Shown here: piece after piece, positions 12,901 to 26,262 of the stretch | How positions within the stretch are numbered: position 1 is the first letter of the stretch | How the letters are laid out: each line of letters starts with the position of its first letter | Assembly: GCF_006345805.1 (NCBI RefSeq) | Contig: NC_043004.1 | Coordinates: forward strand, 24,242,001 to 24,306,000 | Reading direction: 5' to 3' | DNA from: Octopus sinensis | Taxonomy: Eukaryota | Length of the DNA stretch: 64,000 bases | Translations under genes and position numbers: made by a program | Notes under the pieces: generated by a model | The model's database searches: none | The model's input: the letters and a program-made list of their open reading frames with translations, nothing else | Told to the model about the DNA's origin: nothing

Positions 12901-15635
12901 AATATTATGGGTTCGAAACATTGTTGGACACAATGGAATGAAGTGGGATTTTTTAAATTTTATTTTGACATGCAAGTTCTCTGACAAGCTAAGAAATTGT
13001 TACTGAACATGGATATTTCATGAAAAGTGTAGAACTATCGAAATAGGACTGAAAAATCAAACACGACATCACAGGTGCAACGCCAAACTGGTGAATAGTT
13101 TATAGAAGTTCATATTTATCTCAATAAAATGCAGAGTAGACGACATCTACATATATTCAAAGAGAGAAAATACATCACTATCGATGATGTTCCAGGGCTG
13201 TCAGATGTTAATTTTGTGTTGACTTCGAAATTATTAAATCGACAGCCGTAGAAAATGTTTTGTTATTTTTGTCGATGCCTAAAGATTAAAGATTAACTAA
13301 ACTGGACATACATCAGATTCAAGTAGAGTGTTGGTTATCTGAATGTTGTCTAAGATGTGACTGATTTTGAGGTGAATTAATATTAAAAAAGGGTAAAATA
13401 ACTCCAAGTTCCCACTTAGAATTTCGTTAAATTATGTAAATTAGAGAAAAGTATTATAATTTATGACCTATTTGTATTTAAAAACTTTAGATCAATGTTG
13501 TAAATATAGAGTATGCAACGATTATCAAAATATATAATCGCTAAACAAGTATATATTGTTATTATTGTAACGAAACCAGAAATTTTGAAGACATAGCTAA
13601 ATTACTGTTTCTGTTTAGTCCCGATCAGTGATAAATGGTATTCTCGCCGTGACCATCCCATCTTTTTGTTAAAGTATGGTATATCTAGGACAAACATTAC
13701 GCAATGTGTCTCTCTCTTTCATAACACGTTAAAGTGTAATATGACGTAAATTTTTTAGAAGGTCGAGAGACACACTGGAAGATATACATACATCTTTCAG
13801 CTTTTACGCAGCAGAAGACATGGAAGATATACATTTTTCTGTTATTACACCATAACTAGGATAATAAATAATATCTCTACTGGACAGAATATTATCTTTG
13901 TGCATCTAAGCATTATTCTCTTACTCTGACACAAAAGTCATATTTTTGTTACTGTATCTGAATGTAGAATTCTGAATGCATTTGAAACTATTACTACCTT
14001 TTTTTTTTGATTGATTGTGGGGATTTGATTGTCAACTTCGATTTTACCAGAGTTTGAAACTAGTATGAAGACCAATAAAACTAAACAATGATTAAGACAT
14101 GAAATACGTTGGTAAGAATAGGATTTGTGAGATTACTCAACACATCATTGGAAATGAACATTTTAAAATTTGTATTTACATCTACAAGTCTAAAGTCCTC
14201 GTTGTAACAGTTACACAATCTGTAGTTCTCAGTTTTTAACATTTAGGCAACTTCTTTACACTTTCATCAACTAAAGTCCACAATTGTAAAATTTAGCCTA
14301 CCTCTCTTCTGTTGAGATCGTCCACTGTCAACTGTCCACTGTCAACAAATGTAGCATTCAGTCAGCTTTTCTCCTCTTTAAACCATCTAAAGTCCTTAAT
14401 TTTAAGAGCACAATTTTAAGAGAAAATGAGGTCATACAAGAACCGATTGGTGCTAAGTTAAAGGATTTACAGTATTTACTGATCTCTAAAGTTTTTTATT
14501 ACAAATTTAACCAGTCAACTTTGCCTTTCTGCTTGCTGAGTTTCATGAAATAACTATGAACTAATGTTAAGTTAATCGAATATAACTGCCATCTAGTCTT
14601 TCTGCCAAAGTTAACAACTAATATTCCCAGTTTTACCAATATCTTGAGGAATCACGTTTTAATTGTTAAATATTTTACAAGGATTGTCAAAGGACAGCAT
14701 TCATCACATTTTTCAGTGCCCCTAAGAATGGAGGGAAAATAGGAAGATACTATATTGAAGACTGATGTCTAACACCCCAAATGCATGCCATAAGATTGAC
14801 CTTACTTAATGTATTCCAGAATAACATAGCAGTGGTGTACTGTGTAAGGGGTTAAATCTACTAGCCAAGCAGAGCAATGTTCTTTAGAAGAATTCTCAAG
14901 CATTCCATTTCGCCAAATTTTATTCACAACCATTTTGGTACTCCGAAACCCTTGGGCGTGGAAAAAGACATTTTCCAAAAGAGGGGCATAATGAACTTGA
15001 ACTCGGAACTATTATTTGTAAAACAAATTTCCTAACCCACGCACATGCCACCCCTATTTCATAGACATGAATAAAATATAGCCATGTATAAAGAGTACTG
15101 CAAGAATCACTTTAGATAAAACACACGTTTTTAAATTCTGTTCTAACATAACACTAAATTAAACGAATTCACTGTAGGTAGGAAATGTTAGACTTGTCAA
15201 ATGTCCACAGTTAGAAATGCTCTCAGATTCAAGGCGATCAAAGTTCAAAAGAATGTTGAATGAGTGTAATTTCCCTCCATACAAGGTCCTCTTATTATGT
15301 TCTGAAAGATGGTCAAATCTAATACAGTCGGTCATAATAAACCCCCTACATAATGTTTTAATGCATTTCCATTTTAAACAACATTATGATATACACGAAA
15401 TTTTCGTTATTTATGTCAGATTTCACGTACGCGTCAAATTCGAAAATTTTTATGAATTCAAGTGTGTTGTCTCAATTATCTTTATTAATTTTTCTAAGCT
15501 TCGCTGTTAAATTTCAACTTAGTTGCATTGTTTATTGTTTTTTTATGTCAATTAACAGGAGTTCTAACTGCGTTCATTTTAAACACGCAGTCACATTCAC
15601 ATACGCGTGTGTGTCGCACGCATATTTTATATATA

Positions 15636-15921
15636 AAGGGTAAAGACCCCCTTCGGGCAAGGTTGTTTATGGAAGACCAGCAGTCGCCCATGCATACCAG
15701 CCTCCCCTCTCCACGCCACCAGTGTTATCCAAGGGAAAGACAAAGGTCGATACAGCTTGGCACCAGTGACGTCGCAACTCATTTCTACAGCTGAGTGAAC
15801 TGGAGCAACGTGAAATAAAGTGCCTTGCTCAAGAACACAACACGCAGCCCGGTCCGGGATTCGAGCTCACAACCTCACGATCGTAAGCTCGACGCTCTAA
15901 CCACTGAGCCATGCGCCTTCA
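15636..15921 (-). mobile_element. tRNA-derived CORE-type SINE with ~15-bp TSD
   Basis: Minus-strand head GGCGCATGGCTCAGTGGTTAGAGCG...GAGCTCGAATCCCGG followed by CORE-like TTGAGCAAGGCACTT. TSD catattttatatata at 15621-15635 and 15922-15936. Confidence 0.88.
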
Positions 15922-17067
15922 CATATTTTATATATATATATATATACATTTACATTTATATACATATATTCATACATATATACATATACATGTATGAGTG
16001 GATGGATAAATGCATGCATGAATGTATGTAAACACTGGTATGTTTTAATTAATACTACGAGCTCTAAGATTGAATATGATTCAATATGTGTTGAATAGGA
16101 GAAAAGGAGACAGAAATCTTCAGACTACTGTGACATTAAGAAATAAATATAAAATGCTGTAGAATCGTGGAATTTGTCTGAGCAGTAATGTGTTATGATA
16201 GAAATTTTGGCTGGTTTTATTTGATTGTTTGTATGGGGATATTATTCATTTTTTGTTGATATATTTGATTTGTCTTAAGCTCTGATGTGCTACTTAAGTA
16301 AAGGTGTGTGTATTTGTATGGCATTGTACCTGAATGAGTTACCCGGAAGTGTAAGTTGTGTAGGAAAAAGAAATACAGGCGTAGAATGGTGTAAAAGTGG
16401 TGACTGTCTATGTGTTTGTACAGTTGTGTGCATTTCGGCAAATGTGTGTACTGTCATGTGTGTGAGTATGTGTAGTATGTGATTGAGTTAAAATTAAAAG
16501 AAAATGTGATAATAAAAATAAGCGTTATATATTAAATCTCAAATTAGATATATTTTGCTATGTCAATTCATAATAGATTATTATTAAAACGTAAAAGTAG
16601 AATTCAGATTTGACAAGCTTCATAAATAATTCTGAAGGGTTGTGGATATTTGGGTGTGTGTCCGAGAGTAGTGAGTCATAATTCTGGTGAAGCATTTATA
16701 TACATATATGTATTTAGGTTTGTGCGGTTATAAGAGTGTATACGGTTGTGAGGACGATGTATGTAGCTAAATTTCTGAAAGAAGTAAAAAGTAACACAAA
16801 ATCCCTGAATTTAAATGCTTCGTATCCTTTAGGCGGCTACAGTAGTTTTTATTGCGTATAAATGACCGAGGTCCCACTAAAACAGAATACCATTTAGTTG
16901 AAGGGTAAGTTATTTACTAGCCATGCGTGAAATGAAATATGTTGCTCAAGAACACACCACACCACCCGTCCGGGAAGCCAAACTATGAGCTGACGATTGT
17001 AAGCACATTTTAGGGCCAAAGCATTCAAATGGAAGGAAGGGATAAATACAAGTGGAGATGAATATAT

Positions 17068-17166
17068 AGGCGTGGCCTAGCTGTGTAGCAAGAAGATTGT
17101 ATCCTAACCACATGGTTCCGGATTCAGTCCCACTTCGTGGCGCCTTAGGCAGGTGCCTTTTACTAT
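17068..17166 (+). mobile_element. SINE head fragment (same family as 31228, 35025, 47955)
   Basis: aaccacatggttccggattcagtcccacttcgtggcgccttaggcaggtgcc. Confidence 0.7.
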
Positions 17167-17661
17167 ATACCATTTTGCAGTGTAACGCTTCAAGTCGTTG
17201 AGCAAATGATTAAACTAGAAAATTTATTGGTAGATTAATCTACCTTTAGGGGTAACAGCGTGTATAAATAATAAAAATAAGTACTTTAATATAACGTGAT
17301 TTGCCAATAGGTCTAGAAAAAGAATAGAACTTAAGATTTCGTAAATAATACTAATTGATATTTATCCAAATAACATGCTCATGAAATTGATTATCTTAAT
17401 ATACTTAATGATATATTATAAAGACCAACCACCTGTTGTCCGTAATGGGCATGTTATTTGGATAAATTTTAATTAGTACTATTTACGAAAATTAAAGTTC
17501 TATACATTTTCTTGATCCATTGACAAATCCCGTTATACTAAAGTACTTATTTTATTTATTATTTATAAACCCTGTTACCCCTAGAGAAAGATTAACCCAC
17601 CAATTAATTTTCTAGTTTAATCATTTGCTCAACGACCTTGCGCCACACTGCAAATTGGTAT
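17167..17661. repeat. Foldback inverted repeat, ~225-bp arms
   Basis: ataccattttgcagtgt...gtcgttgagcaaatgattaaactagaaaatt...ttatccaaataacatgc pairs with gcatgttatttggataaa...ttttctagtttaatcatttgctcaacgac...acactgcaaattggtat. Confidence 0.88.
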
Positions 17662-17947
17662 GATTCAAATATACTAAGCCGTCTTTCCTCATCTCAAGGC
17701 CCTTTACTCTTCTCTTCTATTATTTTGTGTATTTTTCTTCACTCTGATAAAGCTCTATGTACCAGATCGGATTTGCTATAGAATATGACGAATATTATCT
17801 TCAGAATTTTCTTTGGCAGTGCTGAGGCACATAGGAAGCAGAGACGGCTTTTAGAAGTTGTAAAGTTTTGTATTTAAAAAAATAATAATCGATAGTCAAT
17901 TTGTTTGTTGATCAAGAATTTTCTCCATTCTCTGCTTTATATATATA

Positions 17948-18891
17948 CTAGCATTATGACCCGGCGTTGCCGGGTCATAGTGCTAGTTTGGTATAAATTT
18001 GTTAAATTAAAAATTTGGGGTAATAAAACATATATTGACAATTAAAATTTCAGAGAAAAATACATAGAAGATAAATATACAAATTTACAAAAATACATAA
18101 AAGATGCGCCAATTAATATGAAACATATCATATATTTAAAATTGACACTCCCCTCGTCAGGATTTTTTTTACACACAACACATAGTAAACGAAAACAAAG
18201 GCACAATTACATACCTACTACATGCGAAAGACCAGACATTACGTACTCCCAAAAATTCTCATAGATACTGAATGCTACTTTATAAGCATATAATTCAATC
18301 TAGCAGCTGTAGTAAATGGTATGCGCACAGCTCCATCTGGACTAATTCACTTCTGCACTCAATTAAATTTTTCATCTTTTAATTTCCCGCATTCATGCAA
18401 AGCCACATATTCGAGTTAAAGTTCTTGATACATTTTATACTAATTGCTATATTTTCTTTTAATTGTTATATTACGATTTAATTACCATACTTTAGTTTTA
18501 TTTTAATTACTACTTACTATATTTACTATATTTAATTCAATTGTTATTATTACCTCTAACTTTTATTGCAATTTTTATTTCTAAATTTCTTATGGAACGT
18601 CTAGTGGATCTTATGCGTACAATATATTTTTATATGTTGTTTATAAATTTATATATTACTATATATTTCTAAACGTCGGGTTTTATGTCTGTTCTGTAGA
18701 TATAAATGAATATATGAATATATATATGTGTTTAATCTTTCTGTGGATTTTGTAGTGCTCTTGTAGTTGCTGCTCGCATTGCCTCCCCTCGGCTTAAAAA
18801 GTGTATACAGCTCATTTGAGCACTACTATTCCAGTTATATATTTTGAGCGTTGTTGTCACTAACGATCTCAAGATATAACTTTATATTTTG

Positions 18892-18938
<47 letters not shown>

Positions 18939-19202
18939 ATATATACATCCATATACATACAATAGAGAGATGTTTTTATTTCACTTTTAACACGTAATAC
19001 TGAAATAGTGGAGAAGATATGATATTGCTGTGAGCTCGCCCTAGGGGAAAAGTTAAAACTTTTTTTGCCGATGACACTCGGCATTTGTATGTGTAAGGCA
19101 TGTTAAAATTTGAATGAAATTGGTTGTGTAGTTCTCAAGTTTTAGGAAAACACACAAATAGACAGACAGACACACATTCTCAATTTTATATATATATATA
19201 GA
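17948..19202 (-). mobile_element. Complete non-autonomous Helitron (~1.25 kb)
   Basis: Minus strand starts A|TCTATATATATATATAAAATTGAGAATGTGTGTCTGTCTG at 19202. It ends with the GACCCGGC-AAC-GCCGGGTC hairpin then ATAATGCTAG|T at 17948. Inserted between A and T with no TSD. Confidence 0.82.
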
Positions 19203-19299
19203 TATATATGTTTGTGTGTATAAGTATGTATATATGTTTATGCCTGTAAGTATATGTATATGTATGTAAGTATATAGATATGTATTCTCTTGTGTATTT

Positions 19300-22200
19300 A
19301 ATCATTTAAATTCTTCCTCTAAAAATAGCTTATCTCGAACAAAGATACAAAGCTTCATCTTTGGAATGTAGCTAACGAAAACGCTTTCACATTTTAAACC
19401 TGAGAAAAGTCTTGCGTAGTTTTACTGTTCTGCTTACAGATTGTACTTGTAATACATTTTCTTGTCAGTCCCACACAACTATATCGGACCCGTTTTGCTT
19501 ACACGTATGAGATGCCTTGATGGGAATGCTCCACCAGTATTCCATGAGCTGGTATTTATGTACGTATTCAATAACAGGGGTATTCTCTACATTTATTTCT
19601 GGGTAGTTTTTTCTTCCTGATGGCATTGTGCATTGTTTTTGCGGCAGCGTCATATCTCATTGCGAAGTAGTACCGTGATGACACTTTTGGACAGCCGCCC
19701 ATCCTATGTGTAATGTCTTCCACAGAAATATGACATAATCTACATTTACGGTTGCATCTTGGAAGTACAAGGGCTTCATTGACTCTTTTGTTGATTAGTT
19801 ACTCAGTAGGAATCTCCTGTTCTTGGACTGAAAATGCATAGCATTCGAAATGTGATGTGATGTGATGTAGCAGTCATGACTTCGAAAGAGGTTTCGCTTC
19901 ATGTAAATGTGACTATGTTTTTCAAGTCTACGTGAAACATACCCATGCGTTTCACTTCCAGGTCTTCTTTGAAGTAAGTAGTCCGGATGATTTGGGGTTG
20001 TATAGGAGCTCATCAGAAAGAGAGTGCTACCAGTGGAGTATGTAGGTATGTGCATATGTATGTACGTATGTATGTATATATGTATGTATCTATGCATGTA
20101 TGAATATATGTATGCATGCATGTATGTAGTTGTGTGGGCGTGTGGGGGATGAGTGCATGTCTGTGTAAGCATGTATATGTTTGTTATGTCGGTTAACATC
20201 TTTATAACAGATATTACTCACAAAACATATTATATGAGTGCGTGTGTGTGTCAAAGGATGACAATGAGTGCTCAACGCCGCATTAGTGGATAAGATTTCT
20301 TTATTTGGAAACTAAGGGTACCACTAGTTTCATGTTAAGGAAAGTGGGAAAGTAACCTAGTGTCATAACAATTTTTTCAAGCCAGTCACACGAAGAAAGG
20401 TGTTTGGCCCCATTTTGGAAAACACAGCCTTGTTTATTCACGAAGATTCTCGTGAATTCACGTGAACAAAACAATGAATTAATGAATCAAGGGACGTTAC
20501 TCATGGGTGGCATCTTTTGCATGTTTGTTTCCCTTGAATTTGTCTTTTAGGAAAATTGTTGTGTGGTCAATTTGCATTATTTTATTTTTGGTCTGGGCAT
20601 GGTGTTCTTATACTTGTGTACTGAGGTAGTTCATCATTGGGGCATATTTCTTCCGTGTGCGGAGTTTGTGTGCTATGTACGTTCCGATTTCACATTTAAA
20701 AAAGTGGTTATCCTGGTGGGATTACTGTTGCAGAAGTGGCTCTTCTCTGAAATATTTGAATGTAAAATATTGCTTGTGTATGCAGGGAGAGTTTTCATCC
20801 CTAATATTTAGGATGTTGTCTGTTGATTGTATAGTGTTTAATTTTTCAGTAATACAGAGTTCACATTTGATACCCCGTCATCTGAATATTTTGGCTTCAG
20901 TAATAATGTTCCATTTGTGGATCTACAGATAGATCTTTCAGGGGTGTTTGTAATTGGAGCCTATGTCTATATACGAGACTTCCTCATTTGGGTTATTATA
21001 GGGTTTAAATATTCCTGTCTTAAGATTTATGTTAATGTCTAGGAGGTTGACTTTTTTAAGGTTTGCACTAAGTGTGGTTCTCAAGCCTATTTGGCTAAAT
21101 ATTTTGCACAATTTTTTCCTTAGTCTATCCATATGTCTGATTTTATTGTATACTACATCTAGGCCATCGTCCCTATATAAACCTCTCTAAACTTGTTTTA
21201 TTTCTTTTCTTAGGGTATCTAGAACAATAAGGACTACATCGTCAGCTATCTCTGTACCGTCATAACTCCCCATTGTCACATCAAATAACTCGACTCCATT
21301 CTTTTTTGACAAATAGGAATTATAATTAGAGTAATGATTCCTTTGCGTTCATAATTATATCTATATCAGTATTTGTTATAGTGACATTTGTGTTACTAAA
21401 TTCAAGTGCCTTCTGAAGCAAGCTTTTGGAGATCGAGGGGTACAACTCCATGATATCGAATTGTATAAATTAGCATTTTGGTTTATCCTCTATTTTCTTA
21501 AACCATTCAATAGCTGTACTACTGCATATGCATTGACTAAGCTTCGAGTGTGATCTGATATGTCGTATAATATTATCTTACATAGATTTACTAATAATTC
21601 CTATTTCACTTTTTGTAGGATTTCTTAATCTGTAGCTAGATTTTGCGTGAAGTTACTTTTATGGTCATTCAGAATTATAAAAGGATTTAGTAGGATAAAC
21701 CTTCCTACTTTGTTTTTTATGTTAAACTTTATGGCTAAATTTTTTGCTTCTACTTTAATTGACTTATAAGTGATGGGGTTTGTTTTCTTGTATGTTTTAA
21801 TTATCTTGTAGGTTAGTAATTTGTAGTGTGTTTAGGTGCTGACTTCATAGATATTTTTTGTTTTATCTTCTTTAATAAACATGCTTGTTGATGTTTTGAA
21901 AGATTCGACGTATGTTCACAATGTGTGTTGCAACTTGTTGCATTGATGGTTGAATTTTACATTTCTACCTAACTTTATCAGGTCTTTTTCAAATTTGTCT
22001 AAGTCTTGAATATGTGGTGGGTTTTTATAAGATATGAAACTGTGATTGTCCTCTGCATGAGGGCTGCACGTACCATTATCGAAAAAATACGCCTTCCATT
22101 TCATTCTCCTCAGAATATTTTCGGTTTTGTCGAAATGCTTAATATTGATATGCTTAAAATGCTTTATGTATACTTCTCTTGGTGAAATAGGATTATTTTT

Positions 22201-22387
22201 CAGTGATGTCGTTATGTCATGCTTGCCATGGTTTGTTTTGATTCTCTGTTCGTTTTTAGTTCTTAACCGGTGTTTGTTGACGTCGGAAGCTTCGATAAGT
22301 AAATGTCGAACGATGAAAATGAGTGCTCAAGACCGCATTGGTGGATATAATTTCTTTATTTGTGAATTAAAGCTAAAGATATATATA

Positions 22388-22451
<64 letters not shown>

Positions 22452-22670
22452 AGAGAGGGAGAGAGAGAGACATGCATACATACATAAATGCCTAACTATC
22501 AGTCTGATTCGCACATTAGAAATACAATTACTAAGCAGAACAGTAAAACTATGCAAGACTTTTCTCAGGTTTAAAATGTACTGTTGTTTTCGTTATCTAC
22601 ATTCCAAAGATAGAGCTTTGCGTCTTTGTTACAAACCACCTCCTCCTTTAGAAGAAAAATTTAAACACTT
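19300..22670. repeat. Inverted repeat pair (~19300-19437 and ~22531-22670) bracketing the Penelope-like element
   Basis: atctttggaatgtagctaacgaaaac...ttttaaacctgagaaaagtcttgcgtagttttactgttctgctta pairs with taagcagaacagtaaaactatgcaagacttttctcaggtttaaaa...gttttcgttatctacattccaaagat. Confidence 0.8.
20257..22375 (-). mobile_element. Penelope-like retroelement (Naiad-like), degenerate and internally deleted; RT + GIY-YIG C-terminus
   Basis: Minus translation gives SLKNNPI..RRMKWKAYFF..KNPP..DLDKFEKDL, FDIMELYPSI (21431-21460), FDVTMGSYDGTEIAD, LYRDDGL (21161-21180), VNLLDININLKTGIFKPY..SNYKHP, then KWNII..KCELCITEK..LNIRDE..CIHK. Terminal direct repeat gatgamaatgagtgctcaa..ccgcatt..tggata..atttctttattt at 20257-20307 and 22312-22362. 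Confidence 0.88.
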
Positions 22671-23088
22671 AAAAACAGGGGAGTCATATTTGCATCTACA
22701 CACATATGCATGCACTCACATGAATGACAAAGTAAGAAGGCGATAGAAAGAGATTAATCCTTGATTTAGCTCAATTATTCTAAAATACTAAAATGTACTG
22801 CCAGGGCACGTAGGAACTTTTCACTTGCAAATCGTTATTTACAAAAACTATCTCATTTCATTTCCTCGTTAAAGTCTTAAAAATTGAAAGTAATACCAAA
22901 TTAAATTCCCAGTCAAAGCGAGAATTAAATGGAAAATATAGCTGTTGGCTAATAATTTGCAGAGGAAAGATATTGTGATATCAAATTTTAATTAACATTA
23001 CGGAATGCTGTTAAATTTTCACCGATATAAATGTAACCATTCATATATGTGTGCGTGTATATATATGTATAATCACACGCGCGCGCGC

Positions 23089-23119
<31 letters not shown>

Positions 23120-23161
23120 ATATATATATGACTGTGTGTATATAGATATATATATATATAT

Positions 23162-24101
23162 AATAATAATGATAAGTGACAACAAAAGATTAAGACCTCG
23201 ATATTAAGTAGAGGATTATTTATATATGTATAGTTTAGGACAATCCGTTAGTTGTCATAATAGTACTCGGAGTTTCAAATACCGGAGTAAAGAGCTACGA
23301 TGCAGTCTCGTCGGCTATTAAGGGCAATAGACGCAATGAAAAACAGCTGAAAGGGAAGTTACTCTCATAAGTAGAAAACATGTAAAAGATTAAAAAATAA
23401 ATACAACCAGATTCTCACAATACATAGACATAAAACCTCCTGCGTTCTTAATGTCTACATACGTACACACTCACACAAACATGTATATGTACATGCACAT
23501 ATACACAAGTGCAGTCTTTGTGATATGGAAAGATGCCTCATCTGGAAAAGTTCCATGGACCCCGCTACATGTCTAAATTCAAGAACTGAACTTTTTCGAT
23601 CATGTCTATATGTAACAAAATACCTGTTGCGGTTTTGGTCCTCGAATACCACGGATAGAATCCACATTTTTACTATGTTCCTGCACAAGATTTCCATATC
23701 TTTTAACATTTTTTACTGTCTTACATATATATTTTTTTCCTGTTTTCTTTTTTAATTGTGTGAATGTGTACGTGTGTGAGTATACGTAAATGTATGTATA
23801 TATTAAATTTGTATGTGTGTGTTTGTGTATGTGTACGCGTGTATGGATATACGTGAGTGTATAGACTGTGTCTGGGGCATAAGTGCGACTTTCATGCACA
23901 CGTCCCCTTCGTTTATACGGTTATGCATATGCTTGTATATCTGCAGCTGTAGGTGTATGATAGGAAGAAGTATATATATATACGTGTGTGTGTGTCTGTG
24001 TGTCTGTGTGTGTGAGTGAGTGTGAGTGTGTGTGTGTATGTGAGGTGTACATATGTACATATATTTATATACGTATATGCGGAGTGTGAATGTATGCCTG
24101 C

Positions 24102-24169
<68 letters not shown>

Positions 24170-24606
24170 CGTATATTCATATATATAAATTCTAAACATG
24201 TGTATGCAAGCATACACCATGTGTATATGAGGATGAAGTTGCGTGCACGTATACATATACATATATACGTATGTGTTTGGATACGAGTATATGTATGAAT
24301 TCGTACATGCACATATATGTTTGTGTGCCTATGTGCATGTACATATACATGTTTGTTTGAGCGTGTACGTATGTAGACGTTATGAACGCCGGAGGTTTTA
24401 TGTCTATGTATTGTGAGAATCTGGTTGCATGTATTTGTTATCTTTTATATTTTTCTACCTATGAGAGTAACTTCCCTTTTATTCAACGGTTTTTTTCATA
24501 GAATCTATTGCAAATAATAGCCAACGAGAATGCATCGTAGCTCTTTACTCCGGCATTAGAAACTCTGAGTACTATTATGACAACTGACTGATTGTCCTAA
24601 ACTATA
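23162..24606. mobile_element. Non-autonomous inverted-repeat element (Penelope-like pLTR arms ~23228-23440 and ~24391-24606)
   Basis: Arms are reverse complements (tatagtttaggacaatc...catagacataaaacctcc / ggaggttttatgtctatg...gattgtcctaaactata). The leader acaaaagattaagacctcgatatt..tagagga is shared with 29565. Flanked by TA/CA tracts. Confidence 0.8.
23258..23320 (-). ncRNA. Type I hammerhead-ribozyme-like motif (mirror copy 24515-24577 +)
   Basis: TAATAG-CCGACGA-[imperfect stem II]-GAAA-CTC C GAG-TA-CTATTA: paired stem I, short stem III and GUA site. Confidence 0.55.
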
Positions 24607-24620
24607 CACACACACACATA

Positions 24621-24710
<90 letters not shown>

Positions 24711-25101
24711 TAGCATACGCGTACACGCTACCACACACATATACACATACTCAGTTACTGCCACACACACACACACACATGCTGACACACGCGCGCGTGT
24801 GCACACATACACACATTGATACCAATCATTCCTCAAACTCTCCTGTCCAAGAGAGCATTTTTTCTTTGTCCTCCTAATTCCGGTCATTTCAAAAATGTAT
24901 GCATCACGTGGACTGTTGGCAATTTTGTTTCTTCCTCCTTCCATTTCGTTGCACTTTCCCATGTTTCCTGTTTTCGAAGAAAAACTATACCCGAAACGTA
25001 AAACAATCACTCTTTTCCTTCTCTGAGCGTCTTATTAATACATCGCATGTGTTACGTCCTCCCGTTGTTGTTTTTACATTGTCCTTTTCTCTCTTTTTTA
25101 A

Positions 25102-25148
<47 letters not shown>

Positions 25149-25764
25149 GTACAAACATACATTAGCAATATAAAAAAGAAAATAGAAAAGAATAAAAGGA
25201 ATGAAGACATTAGGAAGTGGGAGAGTTAAGTCATTTAAGCAAGGTCATTTGGCCGGTAGTTTTCAATAAGGCTATTTTGGTCGTGTCATAGAAATTTGCA
25301 AGGGTGTGGTATTTGAAAAATGGATGACATGGAGGGAAAAAGGTGGGAAAACATTTGTGGCTAAGGGCAGAAAAAAGTATACTTGAAGAGATGGGATATT
25401 ATTAGAAATAGAGTTCAAGAGAGAATGGGAAGAATTATAGTAACTGGTGCAAATTATCAATTAAGTACCGTATATTGTTATGTGTGAACTTGTTTACAAC
25501 AAGTAGTAGTAAAGGTATATGTGAGCGTATCTACTTGTAAGTTTAGAAACGGTGGGAGGAGGGGAGGAGGCAGGTGAAATAAAAGAAAATGGATATGTTT
25601 GATTCCCTTTATTCTTTTCTATTTTCTTACGTGTGTCTGTTTATGTGTATGTGCGTATTTGTATGTATGTAGATATTCGTATATAAGTATATATACACAT
25701 ACATATAAATACATGCATGCATATATGTATCAGTATATATACATATATGTAGAGTAAAAATCTA

Positions 25765-26262
25765 TTTGCCAACGTAAATTGGCACTCCTGATGAGAACGA
25801 TGTTACTACCTTTTTTAGCCCCAGGAAAACATCTTCTCCAGCTGGTTACAAAAACATGAAAATTAAAATGGAAAGAAAACAATCTCTGTAGTATTGTTAC
25901 TGCTTACTTCTTGCTCAGAGATTTAAAACTATTTTCCTCTTCACGAGGTCAGTGATGTGTATCAGTTTAAAAGAATATACCTCGAACAAGGGCTAGGGCT
26001 GCCATCTCTAGCCAACAGTTATCCCATGCCGATGAAGTTAAATAACCCACAAATCATGGTACACAGGTACCGTTTAAGGCTGAGTGGGGACATTAGCTCC
26101 TTTGTTCGAGGTATAAGGACGCAATTTTGCGTCGGTAGCCAGCCTGAAAAGATGTTTTGCTGGGGTTAAAAACGGTATTATTATCGTTTTAATCAGGACT
26201 ACCAATTTACGTTGGCAAAGAATGTTACTACTTATTTCTCGCTCGGAGATTGAAAGCTAATT
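25765..26262. repeat. MITE-like element with ~85-bp inverted arms plus a direct repeat
   Basis: tttgccaacgtaaattgg..cctga..ccccaggaaaacatctt (25765-25848) pairs with aagatgttttgctgggg..tcagga..ccaatttacgttggcaaa (~26136-26219). tgttactgcttacttcttgctcagagatt (~25895) recurs at ~26223. Confidence 0.72.

Noticed and set aside
13480-13545. Possible second receptor exon (FDNRCILYIYNIDL on minus)
   Set aside because: Only a superficial resemblance; the upstream residues do not match the expected exon and no convincing splice sites were found.
15846-15921. tRNA gene
   Set aside because: The tRNA-like head continues into a CORE-like SINE body bounded by TSDs, and the acceptor and anticodon stems are imperfect.
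20878-20880. In-frame TGA in the PLE endonuclease C-terminus as possible selenocysteine
   Set aside because: It does not fall at a conserved Cys (nearby Cys codons are TGT/TGC), and the element has many other stops and frameshifts.
25788-25835. Perfect CTGATGA hammerhead core
   Set aside because: The opposite arm reads CTGATTAAA, and no stem II / GAAA / stem I arrangement follows. Likely chance.
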